From: an uncultured Methanosarcinales archaeon
GTDB lineage: Archaea; Nanobdellota; Nanobdellia; Woesearchaeales; WJKL01
NCBI GenBank assembly: GCA_964521755.1
Contig: CAZFSZ010000004.1
Span: 1-51,823, forward strand
Reading direction: 5' to 3'
DNA: 51,823 bases
Below the pieces are notes generated by a model that had not been told where the DNA came from, made no database searches, and saw only the letters and a program-made list of their open reading frames with translations. Position numbers and translations under genes: made by a program. This document shows, in pieces, positions 1 to 10,253 of this stretch (positions within the stretch are counted from its first letter, which is position 1; each line of letters starts with the position of its first letter).

Positions 1-20
1 CTCTGCAAAAAATCCAAATA

Positions 21-28
21 TTTATATA
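21..28 (+). promoter_or_regulatory. Archaeal TATA box (TTTATATA) for the protease-rimK operon
   Basis: TTTATATA ends 25 nt before the ATG at 54, consistent with a leaderless transcript. Confidence 0.55.
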
Positions 29-53
29 GGTTTATTTTTTAATTTTTAGCACA

Positions 54-422
54 ATGAATGAAAAATGCAACGGAAGAACAATTATAGGGTTTAGTGAAAA
101 GGTCAAGATTATAGGCCCTAAAGAGAGCAAGACAGTTACAGCAAGGATAGATACAGGAGCTACGATGAGCAGCATCGATTCAAGACTGGCTGCAAAATTA
201 AAACTTGGTCCGGTAATAAGGACAAAATTAGTGAAGTCTGCGCAGGGCTCAAGCTCAAGGCCTGTGATAAAGGCAAAATTAAAGCTGGACGGCAAGATCA
301 TAGAAGAAGATTTTTCCATTGCAGACAGAAAACATATGAAATATGCTATCCTTATCGGACAGAACATTCTTAAAAAAGAGGATTTTTTGATAGACCCTCA
401 CAAGCAGGTGAAAAATAAATGA
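54..422 (+). CDS. RimK-associated retropepsin-like (putative ATP-dependent zinc protease / RimB-like) protein
   Basis: IIGFSEKV, ARIDTGATMSSID (DTGA), SRPVI and DRKHMKYAILIGQNIL motifs; ATGA overlap with the rimK-like gene. Confidence 0.85.
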   Translation: MNEKCNGRTIIGFSEKVKIIGPKESKTVTARIDTGATMSSIDSRLAAKLKLGPVIRTKLVKSAQGSSSRPVIKAKLKLDGKIIEEDFSIADRKHMKYAILIGQNILKKEDFLIDPHKQVKNK

Positions 423-1531
423 CCTTAAACGCCGCTGTTATCTCGCTTGGAAGCAAAAGCTCAAAATGGACAGCAAAAGCTATGAAGAACTATTTTAGGA
501 CAGCTGATATGCTTGACATAAGAGAGATAGAGGTAAATTTGGGCCATAAAGAAGTGCAGGTCCTGTACCAGGGAAAACCAATTGAAAAATATGACTGCAT
601 ACTTGCAAAAGGAAGCTTTAGGTATGCTCCTTTGCTTAGGTCAATAACAAGCATACTTTCAAAACATACTTATATGCCTATAGAATCTGATGCATTCACT
701 GTTGCACATGACAAACTGATAACACAGCTTATTCTTCAGCAGAACGGGATTCCAATGCCTATCACCTATCTGGCGGCAACCCCTGATGCAGCTAAAAAAG
801 TTCTGAAAAAGATAAATTATCCTATAATCATGAAGTTTCCGCAGGGAACCCAGGGAAAAGGAGTAATGTTTGCAGACAGCTATGCAAGCGCAAGCTCTAT
901 GCTTGATGCACTAACTGCATTGAGGCAGCCTTTTCTTATCCAGGAATACATAGAGACAGGAGGTGCTGACTTAAGGGTTATTGTTGTGGGGGACAAAGTT
1001 GTAGCTGCTATGCAAAGAGAAGCCTCAGGAAGAGAAAAGAGAGCAAACATCCATGCAGGAGGAACAGGAAAGGCAGTAAAGGTCGATCCTGTAACTTCAA
1101 AGATTGCTGTAAAGACCGCAAAGCTGATAGGGGCAGAGGTATGTGCAGTTGATATTCTTGAAGGACACAAAGGCCCTATGGTGATTGAAGTCAATATCTC
1201 TCCCGGGCTGCAGGGAATAACCAATACAAGCGGAGTAAATGTAGCTGATCATATTGCCAAATTTCTGCACAAAAGGACAAAAGAGATTGCAGAATCAAAA
1301 AAGAATATAGAGGCTAAAGAGATAATGAAAGATATAACACCTGGGGGTCCTGAAAAGGAAATAATAACTGGTCTGGATTTCAGAGGGGAAAGAGTTTTGC
1401 TGCCTAGTGCGCTTGTAAAAGAGACAGGATTTACTGAAAAAGATGAAGTGAGCATCAAGGTTGACAAGGGAAAAATTGTGATTGAGAAGTTTGAAATCAA
1501 GAAAGAAGAAAAAAAGGAAAAGAAGAAATAA
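419..1531 (+). CDS. rimK: RimK/LysX-family ATP-grasp alpha-L-glutamate ligase with C-terminal AbrB-like extension
   Basis: HDKLIT, YPIIMKFPQGTQGKGV, LIQEYI, DLRVIVVG, RANIHAGG, AVDIL, IEVNISPG; tail GERVLLPSALVKETGFTEKDEVSIKVDKGKIVIEK. Confidence 0.85.
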   Translation: MTLNAAVISLGSKSSKWTAKAMKNYFRTADMLDIREIEVNLGHKEVQVLYQGKPIEKYDCILAKGSFRYAPLLRSITSILSKHTYMPIESDAFTVAHDKLITQLILQQNGIPMPITYLAATPDAAKKVLKKINYPIIMKFPQGTQGKGVMFADSYASASSMLDALTALRQPFLIQEYIETGGADLRVIVVGDKVVAAMQREASGREKRANIHAGGTGKAVKVDPVTSKIAVKTAKLIGAEVCAVDILEGHKGPMVIEVNISPGLQGITNTSGVNVADHIAKFLHKRTKEIAESKKNIEAKEIMKDITPGGPEKEIITGLDFRGERVLLPSALVKETGFTEKDEVSIKVDKGKIVIEKFEIKKEEKKEKKK

Positions 1532-1549
1532 TTCTAATCTGATGCTGAT

Positions 1550-1930
1550 CTAAGAATTTGCAAAACCAAGACACTTAAAAACTTTCATAAAGGGGTATAA
1601 CTTACATTCTAAATCCTCTGCTTTTTTCTTAAGCAAATCTGAATCTTCTGGAGCAGAAATCTCTGCTAATCTCCTGTAAGCTTCTGTTATTTTTTTCAAT
1701 TGTGAATGGTCGCATTCTTTTTCAGCTAATTCATAAAATTTTTTTGCTTTTTCTATGTGATATTTTTTAGTAGTTCCATCCATATCTTCATCAATCATAC
1801 CCTGATAGAATCTGCCTATGCTCAAATATGTAGAAGGCGTAGGATTGTCTGCTAACATCTTATCTATAGATCCCTCTAACTGGTTTTTTAGTCTTTCTTT
1901 TGTAATCAGGTCTGAATAGTATTTTGCCAT
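1550..1930 (-). CDS. Hypothetical helical (TPR-like) protein
   Basis: 126-aa ORF; YLSIGRFY...AKKFYELA pattern resembles a TPR. Confidence 0.5.
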   Translation of the reverse strand: MAKYYSDLITKERLKNQLEGSIDKMLADNPTPSTYLSIGRFYQGMIDEDMDGTTKKYHIEKAKKFYELAEKECDHSQLKKITEAYRRLAEISAPEDSDLLKKKAEDLECKLYPFMKVFKCLGFANS

Positions 1931-1983
1931 TTTCTATCTATATATTGTATATGTTTCAGTATATTAAAAAACTTTCTATTTTT

Positions 1984-3327
1984 TTATTTTTCTTCAACTT
2001 TTTTAAGAAGTGCATCAAGTCCAGCATTCAGCTCTTTAAATGACTGATTTTGATCTCCAAGTCTTTTTATGTTGCTTATATTATGATCAAATGATTTTTT
2101 TACATCAAGCTCTAATTTATCTGGATTAGCTTCTATCAATTCTTTGTGCCTTTCCTCATCAACACTGCAAAGAGAGGATATATAATAAAGGTTTCTTATG
2201 ATCGCAAGCCTTGCTCCTGCGTTGTACTGCCTGAAATACTTTGTCCTTTCATCCGGATTGATATCTTCAAGATGGATATCTTTTTTTTCATCAAGTCTTT
2301 TCTTGCCAACAAGAGAATGCTCCACTAACCTATTGATATTTTCAGGATCTATAACTTCACCGACAGAAGGGTGATTCAGCAAAGCTGCAAGTCCTATTGA
2401 TGTTGGTGCATTGCTTACTTTTGACAAATCGCCCATCGCAATGCCTTTGTAAGGATCTGGTTTTTCAAACTGGCGGCTAATCGCCTTTGTGATATCTTTA
2501 GGATCATAGTCAGAATCTTTTATATTAGATTCACCTTTGATAAGTATGTGTGCAGGGTATGGATTAAAAAGGGTTATTTCATCTCCCTCTCCCAATACTT
2601 CTGCAACATAACTTTCAAGTGAACGCATTATATTTGAATAATGATATCTTTCAGACCATTTTCTTTCTTCATCCCTATTAGGGTAGACAAAATCAAGTAT
2701 TGAATTTACATATACTCTTATATCAAACATAAAATCATCTGCAGAATATTCAGGTATTTCAGGAAGATCAGACTTGTTGGCATTCAAAATATAATTGTCA
2801 ACATTGTATACATCTATTATTCTTCTAAGCCAGTTCATCACTTCATTTTCAATAGCGTTCTTTGTCTCTTCTGTTTCAGATTCCTGAATCATCTTTCTTT
2901 TTTTGATAAGCTCTTCCTCAAAAGTATGGGAATATTTCTCCATCAGCATCATATGATGAAATCTGCCTTCTTCATCAGCCTTGTCTAATATGCCATAAAG
3001 CTCTGGAACCCTTGCGCCATAACCTGGAAGTTTTTCAAGATAATCTGCTTCATTTACAGCAAGAAGCATATCTTTTGGCGCTTTGCCAGAAATGTTTTTC
3101 TGTTTTCCCCAGTTAAAATAATCTTTGACAAAACTATCAATTACTTGTCCGTCTTTTAACTTTATCTGCAGATGATACTGGTTTGTACGGGCTCCTGTAC
3201 CTAATTTTAAAGGATTTATATCATAGCTAAATCTCGGATTTTCAACCTCAAACTTATCATTAAGAATCTTAGCCAGGTAATCTTCATTTAATCCGAGTTT
3301 TTTTAATTCTTTTTTGATTTCTGCCAT
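1984..3327 (-). CDS. Protein-kinase-like/APH-fold protein with degenerate catalytic loop
   Basis: FVKDY, NEADYL, VPELYG and MLMEKY occur in kinase order; FNPYPAHILI and MGDLSK sit at the catalytic-loop and DFG positions. Confidence 0.5.
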   Translation of the reverse strand: MAEIKKELKKLGLNEDYLAKILNDKFEVENPRFSYDINPLKLGTGARTNQYHLQIKLKDGQVIDSFVKDYFNWGKQKNISGKAPKDMLLAVNEADYLEKLPGYGARVPELYGILDKADEEGRFHHMMLMEKYSHTFEEELIKKRKMIQESETEETKNAIENEVMNWLRRIIDVYNVDNYILNANKSDLPEIPEYSADDFMFDIRVYVNSILDFVYPNRDEERKWSERYHYSNIMRSLESYVAEVLGEGDEITLFNPYPAHILIKGESNIKDSDYDPKDITKAISRQFEKPDPYKGIAMGDLSKVSNAPTSIGLAALLNHPSVGEVIDPENINRLVEHSLVGKKRLDEKKDIHLEDINPDERTKYFRQYNAGARLAIIRNLYYISSLCSVDEERHKELIEANPDKLELDVKKSFDHNISNIKRLGDQNQSFKELNAGLDALLKKVEEK

Positions 3328-3413
3328 TTTAAATCAAGACAAATGCATCTATAAAAATATAAGATTTAGGAGGATTTATAAAGCTTTCTGTTTTTTATCA
3401 TTATACAGTGATA

Positions 3414-4370
3414 CTAACTGTAAATTATTCTTCCAACATTATGGGACGCTCTGATCATATTTATCAATTTTTCTATGATATTATTGCCAAAACCCTGTTT
3501 TCCATAGTTCTTTTTGACAAGTTCATTACATTCCCTGATAAGTTTTTTCTTCTCAGATGCAAGCTCAAGAAGATTATCTTTGTTCTTTGTGTAATAATTT
3601 TTCATGCTGTCAACATAAAGCTTTTCAATCTTTCCATATAATTCCAATATCTGTTTTTTTTCAGAAGGTTTTAATTTAGACTCTTCTATATATTTTGTAA
3701 CTCTTTTTGTCTCGTCTGCAACTTTTTCTATCAGTTCTGAAAGCCGCCATATTCCCAACAGCTGTTCTGAGGTCATGGAATATGCCTTCATAACTTTAGG
3801 ATCGTCGAATGCGCACTTTACCGCCCTAAAGACAAGGAACTGCAGCCTGTTAACATCTTCGTCCCTGTGATGGATATTTTCGTAATGTCCCTCTTCGAAA
3901 CTTGTCTTTGAGTCTGCAATCATATCCCTTGTTATGATGTCCATCTTTTTTATCAAACCTGAAACTGATATCTTTTCCATGTTTAAAAGATCTCTTGCAA
4001 CTATCTTGTTAGATGTCTGCTCCATTATTTCAAGAGCCATAAGATTCTGCAGTATATCTCTTACTTCTTTTGCTTTGTCTTCAAGGTCGTCACCTTTTAC
4101 TACTATAGTATTGTTGTTGTTGATATATGCAGGGATAATCCTACGCTTTATCGCATCTATGTTTAAGCCGCTGATGTTTATTATTATCTCTTTTGGTTCG
4201 GATTTGGTCTTTTCAGCTTTTGGGGAAACAAGCAATTCGTTTTCTTTTTCCTCTAATCCTATCAAATCCCCTTTTTTAAGCTTGTTTTTAGTAATCCAGC
4301 TTTTTGGAAGGCTTATTACAAAAGATGTCTTTCCAAATCTTATTAATTTTCTAAAATCCATATAATCCAC
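3414..4370 (-). CDS. Archaeal AbrB-PhoU family regulator (phosphate uptake regulator-like)
   Basis: N-terminal RKLIRFGKTSFVISLPKSWI (AbrB) then PhoU repeats (DEDVNRL, IEKVAD); start may be the ATG at 4361. Confidence 0.85.
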   Translation of the reverse strand: MDYMDFRKLIRFGKTSFVISLPKSWITKNKLKKGDLIGLEEKENELLVSPKAEKTKSEPKEIIINISGLNIDAIKRRIIPAYINNNNTIVVKGDDLEDKAKEVRDILQNLMALEIMEQTSNKIVARDLLNMEKISVSGLIKKMDIITRDMIADSKTSFEEGHYENIHHRDEDVNRLQFLVFRAVKCAFDDPKVMKAYSMTSEQLLGIWRLSELIEKVADETKRVTKYIEESKLKPSEKKQILELYGKIEKLYVDSMKNYYTKNKDNLLELASEKKKLIRECNELVKKNYGKQGFGNNIIEKLINMIRASHNVGRIIYS

Positions 4371-4510
4371 CCCGGATTGTTAATTTAAGTATATTTAACT
4401 ATAAATGTTATAAACAAACATATATTATACCTTAAATATATATGCTATATAGAAAAACTATATATATTTAAAGGTTTTGTTAATTAATATATAGTGGAGG
4501 TGGAGAGAAA

Positions 4511-4657
4511 ATGAAAGATAAATTTTTTGAAGAGGATGAGTATTATGAAGACGATGAAAACATATATTCAGAAGAGTCAAGAGAATTATTAGTTGATAAA
4601 GATGAGTTAAGCCCGGAAGAAGCTGCATTCATGAAAGGATATGAAGAAGCAGGTTGA
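4511..4657 (+). CDS. 48-aa acidic small protein (not in ORF track)
   Basis: Hand translation MKDKFFEEDEYYEDDENIYSEESRELLVDKDELSPEEAAFMKGYEEAG; GGAGGTGG Shine-Dalgarno at 4496-4503. Confidence 0.75.
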   Translation: MKDKFFEEDEYYEDDENIYSEESRELLVDKDELSPEEAAFMKGYEEAG

Positions 4658-4665
4658 ACTATATT

Positions 4666-4851
4666 ATGGCTTTAAAAGAGCTGCTTGATTTAAAGGAAGC
4701 TGGAATTTCTGATACTGAGATAATCAGGAAACTATTAGATGCTGACAAGAACAATCTAGATGAGGTTGATTTCTTAAGACCTGACGGCACAAAAGTAAGG
4801 ATTTTTTTGCCTCAGATAGGATTTGATCCTGAGCTGTTCAGGGAAATGTAA
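4666..4851 (+). CDS. Small hypothetical protein (61 aa)
   Basis: ATG 8 nt after the previous stop; MALKELLDLKEAG... Confidence 0.6.
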   Translation: MALKELLDLKEAGISDTEIIRKLLDADKNNLDEVDFLRPDGTKVRIFLPQIGFDPELFREM

Positions 4852-5003
4852 TGTGATTATTGCAAAATTATTTTACTTAAAGTTATAATTCTGGTAATAG
4901 AGAGCCTGAGAAGGCTATTTACAACCCAAACCTTTATAAAGGATTAAGCTTTATTTTTTTATAGAAATCTGATAAATTTTTAGACGAAAAAACTATTATT
5001 TAG

Positions 5004-6887
<1,884 letters not shown>

Positions 6888-6949
6888 AGCAAAAGAATTA
6901 TATAAAAATCCAATAAATTTATAAATAAATTGGAGTTTTTGAGAGTATA

Positions 6950-7582
6950 ATGGCAAAAGCAAAAAGAAAAACAGTAAAAACAGGAGTAAAGAAGATGTGG
7001 TACAAGGTTACAGCTCCAAAACTGTTTAACAGCCAAGTGATAGGAGAATTATATGTAGAGAATCCCTCTAAAGCTGTAGGCAAGAGAGTTCCTGTAAATC
7101 TTACAGAACTTACAAGAGATATGAGACAGCAGAATATCAATGTTTTCTTTGAGGTTAATAAGGTCAGTGGAAGCAAATTGTATACAGAATTTGTTGGATT
7201 TGAGATGGTCCCTTCTTCACTAAAAAGGATGGTAAGAAGGGGGAAAAGAAAGGTTGACTACAGCTTCAAAGCAGAGACAAAAGAGGGCTATAAACTAAGG
7301 ATAAAGGTTATAATGGTCACTATCAAGCTTACTAATCTTTCTGCATTAAGCGGATTAAGGAAGGAATGTGAAAAAAACATGAAAACTATGCTTAAGAAGA
7401 TGAGCTATGATCAGTTTGTAGGGGATCTTGTAAACCATAGGATACAGAGCAAGCTCAGGAAGATGCTGAGCAAGATATATCCATTGAAGATGTGCGAGAT
7501 AAGGGAGATGAATGTTTTAGGGAAAGGAACTGAAAAAAAGAAAGTTTCTAAAAAAAGTAAAACAAAAAAGAAGGAAGCTTAA
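6950..7582 (+). CDS. rps3ae: 30S ribosomal protein S3Ae (eS1)
   Basis: KMWYKVTAPKLF, LKRMVRRG, KIYPLKMCEIR; basic 210-aa protein. Confidence 0.92.
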   Translation: MAKAKRKTVKTGVKKMWYKVTAPKLFNSQVIGELYVENPSKAVGKRVPVNLTELTRDMRQQNINVFFEVNKVSGSKLYTEFVGFEMVPSSLKRMVRRGKRKVDYSFKAETKEGYKLRIKVIMVTIKLTNLSALSGLRKECEKNMKTMLKKMSYDQFVGDLVNHRIQSKLRKMLSKIYPLKMCEIREMNVLGKGTEKKKVSKKSKTKKKEA

Positions 7583-7645
7583 AATTATTTCTTAGTTTAA
7601 ATTTGAAACCATAAGGTTTAAAAGGGTCTTTTAACCGAAAAAAGT

Positions 7646-8725
7646 ATGGCAAAAAAACTAGAAGATTATCTTAACGAAGCTCTTATCAGGGAGGATTTTG
7701 AAGCTTTGGCTATGATAGCAAAACATCAAAATTTTCTTCTTAAATCAGGAAAAGAGATAACTGCAGCCAGTAATGTGATAGATGATATTGTGTCTACTGC
7801 TGCAAACAGCCTTGGAATATATTATAATGCTGATTTCTGTGCTGTAGGGCTGAAATTTGATGAAGAGCAAAAAGGATATAATTTTTATGATGATTACAGA
7901 AGACTTGAAGATTGTTTTTCTGAAAGAGCAAAAGAAAAAAGAAATGAGTGTTTTATCAGCGGAAAAGCAGAATGCGAGCCCCTAGGAAATAACTATGAGA
8001 TGGAGCTGTTTACATTTCCGGTAATTGACAGACATGTATGGAAAAAAGATGAAGATTATTCTGAAAAACTGAAAAGACCTGATTATGCAGAAGATGGAAG
8101 ATACGGGATAATACAGCTGGCAAGAAGAAAAAAACATTTTGACAAGGGTCTTGACGGGGCTGTTCTTGCTAGATATTCAAGGGAGCTTATGCTCGCAGCA
8201 AATGACCACCATGCGACAGAGCTTGATCCTGTGACCGGAGGGTATACCAGAAAAAGAGTCAAGCAGGCATTAAAATATGAAAGTGAAAGAAAGAAGAAAC
8301 ACAAAGGATATTATTTTTCAGCGATACTGCTTGATATTGATTATTTTAAGAATGTTAACGACAATCACAGCCATGCTCAAGGAGACAATGTTCTTAAAGA
8401 GTTGTGGAATATTTTAGTTGAACACTTCAGAAATGCAGACACCAAAGGAAGATGGGGAGGGGAAGAATTTGGAATTGTGCTTCCAAAAACAACAATATAT
8501 GAAGCAAGAGAAAAAGCAGAAAATCTTAGAAAAAAAATCAACAATTATGAATTCAGAAATATAAAAGGAGAATGCCCTCTCAGCATAACAATATCTGCAG
8601 GTGTTGCAGATTCTGAACATGATGATATAATGGGAAAAGCTGATGAATATCTTTATACGGCAAAGAACAGCGGAAGGAACAGAGTATGTCCTTTGCCAGA
8701 AGCTTTAAAAAACAAGAAGTATTAA
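7646..8725 (+). CDS. Diguanylate cyclase (GGDEF domain) with GAF-like N-terminal region
   Basis: DPVTG, LLDIDYFKNVND, HAQGDNVL, RNAD...RWGGEEF, TISAGVA, ADEYLYTAKNSGRNR. Confidence 0.92.
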   Translation: MAKKLEDYLNEALIREDFEALAMIAKHQNFLLKSGKEITAASNVIDDIVSTAANSLGIYYNADFCAVGLKFDEEQKGYNFYDDYRRLEDCFSERAKEKRNECFISGKAECEPLGNNYEMELFTFPVIDRHVWKKDEDYSEKLKRPDYAEDGRYGIIQLARRKKHFDKGLDGAVLARYSRELMLAANDHHATELDPVTGGYTRKRVKQALKYESERKKKHKGYYFSAILLDIDYFKNVNDNHSHAQGDNVLKELWNILVEHFRNADTKGRWGGEEFGIVLPKTTIYEAREKAENLRKKINNYEFRNIKGECPLSITISAGVADSEHDDIMGKADEYLYTAKNSGRNRVCPLPEALKNKKY

Positions 8726-8735
8726 ACTGATTAAA

Positions 8736-9155
8736 ATGGAAGAATTCGAAGGATTGCCTACAAATTTCAAGGATCGTCTTGAATATGAGATAAGCCAGGC
8801 TGAAGACCTTGAAAGATTTCCAGGTATAATAATATTTAAGCTAAATGATGATGAAAGATATATTTACAAAAGCCTTGAAGAGGTTCTTTTTGTGATGGAT
8901 TATCATAACATTAATTTTGCTGATGAACACTGCATTGATTATGCTGCATGGCACGAAGATTCTATAGGGCTTTGTTTTCAAAACGGGAACGGCCAGATAA
9001 ACAGGATTAAAGATGAAGTTGTCATTGAGATAAATGCGAGACTTAAGAAAATAGTGAATTTTGATATTATCGGAACTGCTTCTTACAAAAAAGGAGACAA
9101 TGTTGAAAATATGATCAATAGAGCCTATGGTGATAATGTTGAAAGATGCAATTGA
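8736..9155 (+). CDS. Degenerate GGDEF-like single-domain protein
   Basis: FKDRLEYEISQA, GIIIFKL and GTASYKKGDNVENMINRA match the GGDEF fold layout, with no GG(D/E)EF motif. Confidence 0.5.
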   Translation: MEEFEGLPTNFKDRLEYEISQAEDLERFPGIIIFKLNDDERYIYKSLEEVLFVMDYHNINFADEHCIDYAAWHEDSIGLCFQNGNGQINRIKDEVVIEINARLKKIVNFDIIGTASYKKGDNVENMINRAYGDNVERCN

Positions 9156-9345
9156 ATTTTTAAAAGAAAGGCTTCATATCTATTATGATACTGCACCTGA
9201 AGAAATAATAAGGGGTTCATATAGAATTTATGCTTCTCCTGAAAAAGGAGGGTGCAACAAAGATTATGAATATAGTATAATGGATCAGATAAGAACAGAA
9301 GTTCTAACAGATATTGCAGAACAGAGAGAAATATTGTTTAAATAA
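9127..9345 (+). CDS. Small hypothetical protein
   Basis: 72-aa ORF overlapping the previous stop, same strand. Confidence 0.55.
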   Translation: MVIMLKDAIEFLKERLHIYYDTAPEEIIRGSYRIYASPEKGGCNKDYEYSIMDQIRTEVLTDIAEQREILFK

Positions 9346-9372
9346 ATAATTTTTCTTATGGATATTCATCAA

Positions 9373-9636
9373 CTAAGCAGAATGATCTCTTGGACAGATA
9401 TCAACACCAGGATATTCTCTGCACATCTTAGGTCGCATATTGTATATATTGCAATGGTTGTTATTTTTTAAGAAAAAGCATTTTTTACCTGGAAGTTTTA
9501 TGCATCTCTGGCCCTGAGCATTTTTTTCAGTGAAGTTTTTGTATCCTTTTAATCTTATCTTTAGATATTCCAACAATGATAATCTGACTCTTAGAGTGCA
9601 GCAGTATGCGCATCTGCTGCAGTTTGAAGGGATCAT
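9373..9636 (-). CDS. YkgJ-family cysteine cluster protein (CxxCxxCC)
   Basis: CSRCAYCC...CFFL...CNIYNMRPKMCREYP. Confidence 0.85.
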   Translation of the reverse strand: MIPSNCSRCAYCCTLRVRLSLLEYLKIRLKGYKNFTEKNAQGQRCIKLPGKKCFFLKNNNHCNIYNMRPKMCREYPGVDICPRDHSA

Positions 9637-9685
9637 AAGTTAATTAAAAATCTAGAATGTTTAAATATTTATCTTGGTTTTTGTT

Positions 9686-9723
9686 ATTACTTATAAGTAA
9701 TTATAAAGCGTAAGATTTATAAA
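9686..9723 (+). promoter_or_regulatory. Perfect 16-bp palindrome ATTACTTATAAGTAAT followed by BRE/TATA
   Basis: Palindrome at 9686-9701; CGTAAGA-TTTATAAA at 9709-9723. Confidence 0.55.
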
Positions 9724-9786
9724 AGACTATATACTAATTATGGTAGAGATTTAAGAAAAATAAAAACGTGGTAGGTGGAGATCAAG

Positions 9787-9969
9787 ATGAAAAAGACAAA
9801 CAAGATAAAAAAATTAATATCATCAATGGTTTTGGCTTCTAAAGTTTGGGCAGCTCTTGCTATTGTTGGGGTGAATATGCTTTTTTTTAGTGTTTTTAAG
9901 ACAATTGCTGTGTGCAACCACAAGATATTAGATAAAGCAAAAGTCAGATCCATGGAAGCTGAAAGTTAA
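9787..9969 (+). CDS. Small basic protein with one hydrophobic segment
   Basis: GGTGGAG SD upstream; MKKTNKIKK...VWAALAIVGVNMLFFSVF. Confidence 0.55.
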   Translation: MKKTNKIKKLISSMVLASKVWAALAIVGVNMLFFSVFKTIAVCNHKILDKAKVRSMEAES

Positions 9970-9985
9970 ATATAAAGGGATATAA

Positions 9986-10150
9986 ATGCAATATTGCTGG
10001 CAACTTACAGGACAAGAATGGCTAAATGCTGGATGTAGAACTGGATTCATAATACTCATTATCATATTTCTATGTTTTATAATCATATCTTTAGTCCGTT
10101 TTAAATCAGAAGACAAGAATTTAGTAAAATCTATCTTTACAGAAGATTAA
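9986..10150 (+). CDS. 54-aa single-TM protein (not in ORF track)
   Basis: Hand translation MQYCWQLTGQEWLNAGCRTGFIILIIIFLCFIIISLVRFKSEDKNLVKSIFTED. Confidence 0.45.
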   Translation: MQYCWQLTGQEWLNAGCRTGFIILIIIFLCFIIISLVRFKSEDKNLVKSIFTED

Positions 10151-10253
10151 AAAGATTAAAAAGCTTAAGATAGATTATCGATTTTTTGATTAGGTTAATT
10201 ATATCCTTTATTTTATATATCTCCTTTAATTTTAGATATCTAATCTAGAAAAA

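Noticed and set aside
4511-4657. 48-aa acidic ORF as a LysW-type carrier for the RimK/LysX ligase
   Set aside because: No Zn-ribbon cysteines and no C-terminal EDWGE; it ends in EEAG.
7646-9155. GGDEF genes as Cas10 or another defence cyclase
   Set aside because: The motif is GGEEF with canonical DGC flanks, not a GGDD palm, and the proteins are too small.
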